In this document: one piece after another, positions 1 to 8,566 of the stretch
Layout of the letters: every line of letters starts with the position of its first letter
Numbering within the stretch: position 1 is the stretch's first letter
Source of the DNA: Klebsormidium nitens
Lineage: Eukaryota > Plantae > Klebsormidiophyceae
Reading direction: 5' to 3'
Assembly (NCBI GenBank): GCA_000708835.1
Contig: DF236958.1
Span: 428,694-474,224 of the forward strand
DNA: 45,531 nt
Notes under the pieces: generated by a model
Told to the model about the DNA's origin: nothing
Seen by the model: the letters and a program-made list of their open reading frames with translations, nothing else
Database searches by the model: none
Made by a program: the position numbers and the translations under genes

Positions 1-534
1 GGGGAGTTGTCAATGGAGGCGTGGTGACCGGGGGAGTAGTCACCGGTGGAGTTGTCACCGGGGGAGTCGTCACGGGGGGAGTGGTCACAGGGGGCGTGGT
101 GACCGGGGGAATGGTGACCGGGGGAGTGGTGACCGGGGGCGTGGTGACAGGGGGAGTCGTCAAGGGCGGAGTAGTGACCGGGGGAGTTGTCACTGGAGGC
201 GTGGTGACTGGGGGAGTCGTCACCGGGGGAGTAGTCACCGGGGGAGTCTTGATTGGGGGAGTTGTCACCGGAGGGGTAGTGACCGGGGGAGTAGTCACCG
301 GTGGAGTCGTCACTGGGGGAGTTGTAACAGGAGGCGTAGTGACCGGGGGGATAGTCACAGGTGGAGTTGTCACCGGGGGAGTTGTCGCCGGGGGAGTTGT
401 CACAGGAGGCGTGGTGACCGGGGGGGTAGTCACAGGGGGAGTCGTCACGGGGGAAGTGGTCACAGGGGGCGTGGTGACGGGGGGATTAGTGACCGGGGGG
501 ATGGTAACCGGGGGTGTAGTCACCGGTGGGGTGG
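1..534 (-). repeat. Coding tandem repeat, ~35 copies of a 15-bp unit encoding V-T-T-P-P
   Basis: The + strand shows GGGGGAGT(G/T/C/A)GT(G/C)AC(C/A/T) periodicity. The reverse complement reads GTx ACx ACx CCx CCx, with variation mostly at third codon positions. Confidence 0.95.
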
Positions 535-1528
535 GAACCGGGGGTGCGGGCAGGGCCGCCGCGCAGTTGAGCAGAATAGCGATGAGCGTTTGGGGGCAGC
601 CGGTGAAGGCGGGGCAGCAGAGGGGGATCGTGTTGCCGAACTGGCCCAACCCGAAGAAGGGGCAGAGGCCAAAATTGACGAGGCAGATGAAGACTCCAGC
701 TGCAAGGAAGGGAAGCTGGAATTAAGGCTGTGCCCATGCACCAAGATGATGAAGACCAAAAGGAGTCAGCTAGGATCTCAGGCGTGGTAAGAGATGCTGA
801 ATTTGTGCGGGAAAGAAAGCTGTATTGCCAGCTTGAACACGTTACGCTACCTTCAGCCAGTACCGATACTCTAACGACGACAGCTGGCGTTTGATTCGCC
901 CGAAAAGCTGACAGTGGTTCAGCAAAGACTTTGGATTCAAGAATGGGCCTAGGGGCGACGAAGAAACGAAAGATTGTGTAAGTGCTGACGAGTTGAGTAT
1001 GCGGGTGAACGTACTTGCTTGCAACAGGCTGCGCTGGGTCGATGCGTGGGCGATCTCTTGTGAGCTGTTGGAAGCAGACAGCGCTTGGCTCATCTCCAAC
1101 GCGAGAGCCTGCACATCAGAAAGGAAAACACTCGAACCCAGCGGACAGAAAACGTGCGCCCAAATGAGTAACAGGGAAGAACCTCGCTTGTCAAGCTGTT
1201 TCGTACCTGCCAGCAATCAGGAGCTTTCATTCGTGGTTCTTCTGAACGGCTGCTGGGCGGCCATGATCGAATGTGCAAAGTTCCCGCTCAGGCGGGCCAG
1301 CTCTTCTCTTTGACTTTTTAAAAGGCGACCGAGGGATATCCTATTCCATTTTCAACATCCGTTCTGACCATTGGTACTCATCCGACAAAGGAAGACATCT
1401 TGAACATCTTAGTTTCAATCGAATTGGTGCGAAGCAACTCTCCGGCCGGCTATGGGAACGCTCACCTCATTCGCGAGCGAGGCAAGCAGCAGCAGACCCA
1501 GAAAAAGAAACCGGGCCTTGAGCGCCAT
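1..1528 (-). CDS. Secreted Cys-rich/Pro-Thr-rich precursor, paralogue A (3' end beyond window). Exons 1528-1466, 1108-1015, 699-<1
   Basis: Exon 1 MALKARFLFLGLLLLASLANE is signal-peptide-like, donor GTGAGC, phase 0. Exon 2 ALALEMSQALSASNSSQEIAHASTQRSLLQA, acceptor GTGCAG, donor GTACGT, phase 1. Exon 3 (acceptor TTGCAG) reads (T)GVFICLVNFGLCPFFGLGQFGNTIPLCCPAFTGCPQTLIAILLNCAAALPAPPVPTPP then (VTTPP)n, open to the window edge. Phases are consistent and the structure matches paralogues B and C. Confidence 0.85.
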
Positions 1529-3618
1529 TCTAGAGCGCGGGCTGCAGAGGGAGGACCGCCGGGATAGCTGCGTCAATCTGGACGGTGCGGCAGGAAGCTC
1601 GCAGATAAGCGGAAGCTGAGAAAGCTGCCAAAGGCTTGGGGAGAGTAATACGCCGCTTTCACTCGAAATGTAGCTGATCTTGTAGGACTCTGCAATGCTT
1701 TTGTACAGGGCTTGCAGAGCTTGAAGCGCGAGTGAGACCAAGTAGTCGGCCGCAAACTTTCTGATCCAGCAAAGAAATGAGTGCTAAGCTGCATTTCATT
1801 CTGACCTGGGCATTCCATCATTGATGCAGGCAAGAGAGGTGCTGGTAAAACACCGAAAGATGATCAGGAGTCCGTAATCATGGCTCTTCACGCGTTGATC
1901 GCGCTGCCTCGAGTGCTCGCTTCTAAATGGTGGCTCTTTAGATTCAAGCTCAATGGCGGCCGTGTTTTCAAATCCAACGTTGAGTACAGGATGGATTCGC
2001 GTTCTCATCTCTCTCGTTCTGGATACCTCGTCCTCTTTCCTTTGGGCCTCGGAACACAATCGCAGCTTGCTCGGATATCTTGCAAATTATCAAGAAACAG
2101 GACCCTTGGAGAGCGGAAACCTTTAAGCGACGCGCAATTTACTAGATGCGGCTAGAGCAACATACACCTCCATTGAACTAACTCACTTCGTCCGTGAAGT
2201 TCCTGTCGCAATTTGAAATGGGTTTGGCAGCGAGGCTGCGTGCCGGGGACTCTACCTAAGCGCCACCGTATTACGATGAGGGAAATCAAGTGGCTGGGTG
2301 GCTGACAGCTGTCGTGAAAGGATTGTTATCTCTAATCTAGATCACACAAGATACTCGAGGAGACCGGGCGTGCCTTCTCGGTTGCGAGACTCTCTCAGGC
2401 CACCATCTTCTGTTCCAAGACGGTTGCAAGCTCTCCATCTGCACGTCACGAGCGGCAGGCAGCCGTGCGGGCTCCCGTGCGCGGGCGTCTTCGTCCCAAG
2501 GTTGGACGGCACTTCGCTTTAAAGGCACACGGCGCTCGTTGCAAAGATCTGGGTGCCTGCGAATTGAAGCTTAGGACAAGCGCAAAAGTCCGTTCGACCC
2601 GAGGGGTACGAGGGACGTCACCATCCTTCTCTTAGACTTGTTCTTCTTGCACAAGCCTGTGGGCAGATCGAAATACCGGCCCAGGAGTTCTCGTCTTTTG
2701 AGGCGCAACTCACCAGCTAACGGAGAGCGCCTCCTGAGTTGTTAGCAGGATTCTGAATGCCCTCTTTACGGCCACTCGGTTTGGGCCCTGGACGGCCTAG
2801 ATCACACAGATAGCCAGGCTTTACCGGTGCGTCAGATGGGCGCAATAGCGTATGAAGCAACGTCAGCCCGTGAGATGGCTGGCACCACTAGGTTTGGGCG
2901 GAAAAGACACCGAGAAATGCTTCCCGCTACATCGAGAGGCGTTGTGCAACTCGAAGTTTCCGCTCTCGTTTGCGGTGTAGAATCCAGGAGGCCACACTGC
3001 GCGATATCGAGAGCCTCGGAAGGAAGGAACGCTTGTTGTGTCCTAGATCAAGCGTATGCACTATTCAGATACCACTAGACACTGTACAGAGTCCGAGTGG
3101 CCGATGAGCGGAGTCGAAGGAGGCTATCCTCGAAGCACGTCCGCCTTTTTAAGTGTGACGAGATGCAAAGCTTAAGCAGGTTCGCTTGTTTCTGTTTGCC
3201 GAGAAGCCCTCGGAGACCGTAGAATAGCCTTCAGAATAGCTCGGACTACTGAGAATGTTTGTGTCCGGGGTTCGCTCAACCTCGTAATGAAGAAACGGAA
3301 TTCCATGAGAACATCCAGGACTTCTCCGCTATGTTTTCTGGCTGACTTTGCACAACTAACTGCGGGGTGGACCTGGTTCAGAACGTTGTGGCCAGGAATG
3401 TTACCCATCTGCACGCACAGGTGCACGGGGCTCCTTTTCTAGAAGCCCAGATTACTACCGTCATTCCTTTCTTAATTTATATTGAGAACTCTAAAGTACA
3501 CGCCGAAGCTGATCTCAACTCCCAGGGCCCCTTCACCCAGTATCGCGCCTTTCTCAACGCTCGCTCATTTCGCAGAGCTGTTTCAGCTGTTACTAGCTTT
3601 CTTACACGACAAGCAGAC

Positions 3619-5495
3619 ATGGCTGCCTGGGTGTCCGCCCTGGTGGGAGCGCTCCTCCTTGTCACCCTGGGAACGCAGGTCAGTCTGCGGAGCGACCCTT
3701 TTTTTTTACACATCTGCTGCATAGATGCTTACTGATCTAGAAATCATCGCTGGAGACTCGGCATTCAGACCCACCTTTGTTGATGCTCTTTGCGGTAAAA
3801 CGCTGCTACGTTTGTTCCTTCTCCTAAGAATGTCGCTCAGCAAGGCTTTCTTCTAAGAGGCCTACTGATCTTTCTTGTCAATCCTGGAAGAGAAAAAGAG
3901 AATTTAGAATCGATGGAGCTCGATCTCTCTTGCAGGCTTCAGCGTCCCGCGCTTTCCCCGAAGTCGCGGCGAACCAGGCGGGCGCGCGCACTCTGTTGCA
4001 GGTGCCGACGGCCGCGCCGCCGGAGGGTAAGTGCTGCGACTCCCGCTTGAAAGCGCAAGGCCGAAAGCAAGGTGGAACTTTGGTGTATCAGTCTGTTTCA
4101 TGTTGGGATCCACTTGCCTCTACGTTTGGAGCTTCTTTTGGAACAACGGGTCTGCGTGAGCGTGACGTCTGGTTTGGAGCCGTCTAAGAAGAGATGCAAA
4201 GATTTTGATCTCTGCGTACGACCTCTGACTAAGTTCTCTGATTAAGATCTTCGATCAAGAATCATCGAGATTATGCGGAAAGTGGAAAAATCCAGCATGA
4301 AAAGGTTTGTAAGCTTTCTTCACACCGAAAACAGGCCACTTTATCCAGTAAGAGGGCTATGCTAAGAGGGCTCTGAACCTATAGGAAAGCTTTTGCAGAC
4401 CTGAATTAGAGGGACCGCTTAATCGTGACAGTTCTGATGTATTCAATTATTGGTATGAAATCGTGGTTTCAAAACTCGTTCCCGAGACTTCGTGCGTGCG
4501 TCAAAACATAGGCCAGGACGCGCTGATGGAAGTCTTATTCTGGTGGCTGAAGGCTTACCTTGTTTTTTTAAGATTCTTGATTGCGGCTTGTGTCTTCGTG
4601 CGTCTCTCTTTACCGCTTAAACCACCCTACACCATCTTGGGTCCAATTGCCGGCTTGAACCTGCTTCTTGTCCCGAATTTTGTAGGCTCGGCTTGTGCCG
4701 GCAACCAGATGCTTTGCGCCGTGACGAACATCGGTTCCTTTACGGCGAACGCCTCCCTGCTCGTCTGCTGCACCGGCGTGTGCCCCGCCTCGGGGGACAC
4801 CCCCAGGGACGTGGCTGCCAGGTATACAATGTCTAGATTTTATATTGAGTTGGGTGTATGTTGAGATATCAACAAACTGAAAACCAAAACCCAAAATTGA
4901 CATGCTCCGCACCAGTACGCATCCTAGACCCCAAAACCAACCCCACCCGTCACCCGGGCATGATCTAACTCAAACTAGCCGTTAAACTCTTAACATAAAA
5001 CCGAGACTTTTCTGCCAGGTGCATGGTCAGCACTGGCCCCTCTGCCGCCCCGGGCACGACTCTTAGCGTACCGGTCCCCGTCATCAGCCTCCCGAGCGCC
5101 GCACCCGGGCCGGTACCGGTTACTACCGTCACCCTACCGAGCATGGCCCCGGGCGCACCGGTCACGATCATCGTCGTCCCGAGCCTGCCCACCACAGCGC
5201 CCAGCCCGGCGGAAACCATTCCGGTCCTTCCGACCACAGCCCCCATTCCGGCGGAAAGCATTCCCGCCCTCCCGACCACAGTCCCCNNNNNNNNNNNNNN
5301 NNNNNNCCGTCCCTCCCAACCACAGCCCCAATTCCGGCGGAAACCTTTTTCTCCCTCCCGACCGAAACCGTCACACTCCCGCCTCTGCCATTCCTCGAGA
5401 CCGGGGCCCCGGCTTCGACCCCGAGCCTCACTTTTCCCATTGTTCCTATTGGGGCCCCCATCCCGACGGTTGCGACCGGGACTGCCAGTACTTAG
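3619..5495 (+). CDS. Secreted Cys-rich/Pro-Thr-rich precursor, paralogue B. Exons 3619-3678, 3936-4026, 4686-4821, 5019-5495 (N gap in last exon)
   Basis: MAAWVSALVGALLLVTLGTQ | ASASRAFPEVAANQAGARTLLQVPTAAPPEG | SACAGNQMLCAVTNIGSFTANASLLVCCTGVCPASGDTPRDVAAR | CMVSTGPSAAPGTTLSVPVPVISLPSAAPG...LPTTAPIPAE...PIVPIGAPIPTVATGTAST*. All introns are GT-AG with phases 0, 1, 2. The frame changes across the 20-N placeholder gap. Confidence 0.85.
5185..5366 (+). repeat. 42-bp coding tandem repeat (LPTTAPIPAETIPV-like 14-mer) interrupted by an assembly gap
   Basis: Copies start at 5185, 5227 and 5269, and after the gap at 5313 and 5355. Confidence 0.85.
5287..5306. other. Assembly gap (20 N) inside a coding repeat
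   Basis: Run of N. Confidence 1.
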
Positions 5496-7249
5496 TCTGG
5501 CGAAGGCTGCAGTGCATGTTCCCGAACAACGGCTCGGCTAGAAAGGGATGCAAGGGATGCCTTTGTTGCTGAGAATAGGCAAATGCCCACAGAGCGAAGT
5601 TTTGCTGTAGGACTGTTCTGTATACGATAGTATCAGCCATTACGTCGAATCGAAGTTGACTTCCAAGTACTGAAGTAAACGTCGTTTGAGTCCGCCCTGC
5701 ATTGAGAAGACGTCACTTTGGTATAGTGAGGCAAGAAAGCGTTCCGAAGAGTTTCACGTTATTGACCTCCAAGCGCTTGATCAGTTGATTCATCAAAATA
5801 TGCTCTCGACATGAACGGCATGTATTACATGCTGCACGCTGCGGAAAGATTGCTGTCAAATCAAGAGACACGCGTGATTGAACCGAAGATCTCACATCCT
5901 CTCGGGTCTTTGCCATGTAAGAAACACCTGAAATTGGTGTCGAAGTCAGTCATGAGATCATCAAGTCAAAGTCCACATCCAAAGACTGGCGGCCCACAAT
6001 GACGAAGCTGCCGTGGTATGTTTTAAAAAGTTCACTGCATGAGCCTCGTTTGGGCCTCGCAAACATGTAGGGGAACTGTTGTGGAAGCGTATACTGGCCG
6101 CAGGAGTTTTCCGTCAGATCTTGCTTGCCCATCTCCCCGTGTTCAAACCTTGTGTCTCGTCCTTTCATTCATGTGAGTACGTCGCCATAACGTTGTGCCA
6201 ATAGAGAAGCTGAGTATATCAAGACTGCCATCTTGAAGATGCATGAGAGCAAGTCTCAACCCTTCAAGAAAGCATGAAAAGACGAGCGTCGGCAAGGCAG
6301 TGTCCAAGTAAGCCGCATACAAACTTTGGTTGATTGACTGAAGAACGATCGTTCAATAAGGAATGAAAATGAATACGCTGAAAGTTCCAATCTACTTCCG
6401 TACTACCTCGCCAAGCAGCACCTTCTCAAGCAGAAGGCTGCAAAAATGCTACCTCAGCTTATCATGTGTCCGAAACTAAAACGAAGTGTATTCTCAACGC
6501 CTAGAGGTAATCGCGTCTCTGGGCTCCAGATGTCACTGCACTGCAGCACTAATCTGTGACAAGTAGATTTGCCAGTCCGGTAAACAGCAGCCGCTCGTCA
6601 AACGACTGCCTAGAAGGCAACCTGGGAGTCTTTTCTGCCGAAGTCATCAACCTCGAAAGTGCCTGCTTCATGCAAAGGCCATCTTGTTTCTGATTGGACC
6701 GTATTACCCCCAGGATTCGTAGCAGTTCCATTTCTGGACTTTTACCAATCTTGCAACTTGTTTCGAGGGCGACATTCATCTCGACAGACCGGAAACTACA
6801 AGGTTGGGGAAGACCAGCTGTGAGGACGCTTCTCCGTGTCCAAGGATCCCATTCGCACCGTTGACCAACCTCGTTGTGAGCGGTGCCTTGACCGGTTGCT
6901 GTTGCACCGGGACGCCGAGAGACGTACGGCACTCGAGCTTGTCGCGGAAGGCGACCCCCCGATGCAATCTGCTGACTTGCAAAGTGCAAAATCGATTTCT
7001 GGTCTGCTCGAGAATCGTACTTCGGTTCCTCGCAGCAATCAAGAGGGTTAGCCATGCATAGGCGAGGTTTGCGGCAAAGCGTATCGCTTAGCATCAGCCT
7101 AACGACGTCAAGAAGCTGCGGCAGTGACGTTCTTGGGCTCGAGCCGGGCACCAACGAACAGCGTTGCAAGCTAGGGTTACCCTGGTTTTGCTGCCAGTAT
7201 CTCGAGCAAGAGTCACTTCAATAGCTGTGAAGATTTCGGCCTCCCATCA

Positions 7250-7281
7250 GCTGGCCGGCATAAATGCTGGCCGGTATAAAT
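7250..7281 (+). promoter_or_regulatory. Tandem 16-bp duplication containing a TATA-like box upstream of paralogue C
   Basis: GCTGGCCGGCATAAAT followed by GCTGGCCGGTATAAAT, about 150 bp upstream of the ATG at 7427. Confidence 0.5.
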
Positions 7282-7426
7282 GCCCATTCACTGGCCTTGC
7301 ACCATTTCAAACGAAAGTTGCCAGCAGACGCACTTGCTCCCCGCGCGACTTTGCAGCAATTCCCTGGAGCGCCATACATCCGAACCTCTCTGTAGCGCCT
7401 TCACCTTCTTCGCCCAGTACTTTAGC

Positions 7427-8566
7427 ATGGCTTCCAACAAGGTCGCCGCCCTCCTGGGGCTGCTCCTGATCGCCGCCCTCAGTGCCCAGGTGAGGAGAGA
7501 ACCGCGGCGCCTCGGTTGGCGGCCCGTCTGCTGATACTCTGTCAAGTTTCCTCGCTGTTTGAGCTCGTGGAATTGTTGGAACGAGCGACGGGACCAGGTC
7601 TGCTGTTCCCATGAGTTGGAGAAGCAAAACATTCGCGCTTGCTTTCGAAGGGTCACAACTAGAGCTGCTGCGAAACATGCGTGACTAGTGTTCTTTTCAC
7701 ACCACAGTAAGACCTTCATTAAGTACGGTCACAATTCTCAAGCGGTAGCACCGTCACGTTGGTTGCAGGCCCTCCCTTTTGAACACCTCTTCTGACCCCT
7801 CTCGTCTTTTTGGGCAGGCGTCGAGCGAAGACTCGTCGGCCTCCGCCCGCAAGCTGCTGCAAGCCCCCCTGGTCCCTACAGGTGAGCGTCAGATCAGACG
7901 TGTTCAAGAGTTGAAAGGACGCCGGATATGGACGACCAGGGATGCTCTTTGGGACTGAAAGCTGGGAGGGCAGAGGACTCACTCATTACAGGATTGGAAG
8001 TTGAATTGGACAATGTCTCTTCCCTTCCAACCGATTTTCCAATTGGTCTGCTCTCTGCATCTGTGTCCGCTCGTGTTCTTGTGTAGAATGTCTGAGCAAG
8101 CTTTTGAGCAGTCTGTGAGGCTATAGTCATGGAAGCGGAAAAAGTGATCTACACCTTGCCAGCTTTCCTGTCCCCCAGGGCCGGTTCCACTTGTTCCACG
8201 TGTTTCCTTTTCACCCAGAGTCCTTCGCCGGTTTCGATCACGTCTCGAAATCTTCACTTCATCAAAGATAAACTTCAAAATCACCGTCTAGCTCACCCTC
8301 CGCCCCCGTCCTCTGCAGGCCGCTTCCTGTGCAATGATACCACGAAACCTCTCCTGTGCCCCTTCAGCGGCATTGGCGCTTTCCCGGCGGGGGTGGTCTC
8401 CGTGCCGGGGTGCTGCTCGAACGCCACCGGCCCTGTTTGCCCCGCGATGAACAGCACTATCGCCGCGTTTCTCCTTTGCGGCTTACCGACGGAGGCCCCG
8501 CCCGGGACCCCGCCCACCCCCCTCACCACCCCGCTCCCGCCCGCCGCCACCCCCGCGGCCGTCTAG
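7427..8566 (+). CDS. Secreted Cys-rich/Pro-Thr-rich precursor, paralogue C (124 aa). Exons 7427-7489, 7818-7881, 8319-8566
   Basis: MASNKVAALLGLLLIAALSAQ | ASSEDSSASARKLLQAPLVPTG | RFLCNDTTKPLLCPFSGIGAFPAGVVSVPGCCSNATGPVCPAMNSTIAAFLLCGLPTEAPPGTPPTPLTTPLPPAATPAAV*. Donors GTGAGG and GTGAGC, acceptors GGGCAG and CTGCAG, phases 0 and 1. Exons are GC-rich relative to the introns. Confidence 0.9.

Noticed and set aside
1-534. Tandem array as a CRISPR or telomeric repeat
   Set aside because: There are no unique spacers, and variation follows third codon positions, so this is a coding repeat.
21-725. 234-aa + strand ORF of VTGGV repeats
   Set aside because: Antisense shadow of the minus-strand VTTPP exon. 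The minus frame has splice sites, a signal peptide and paralogue support.
5650-7170. ORFs 6549-7169 (-), 5950-6168 (-) and neighbours as a gene or TE remnant
   Set aside because: No recognisable motif, consistent splice chain or coding-like GC bias. A decayed element cannot be excluded without a search.
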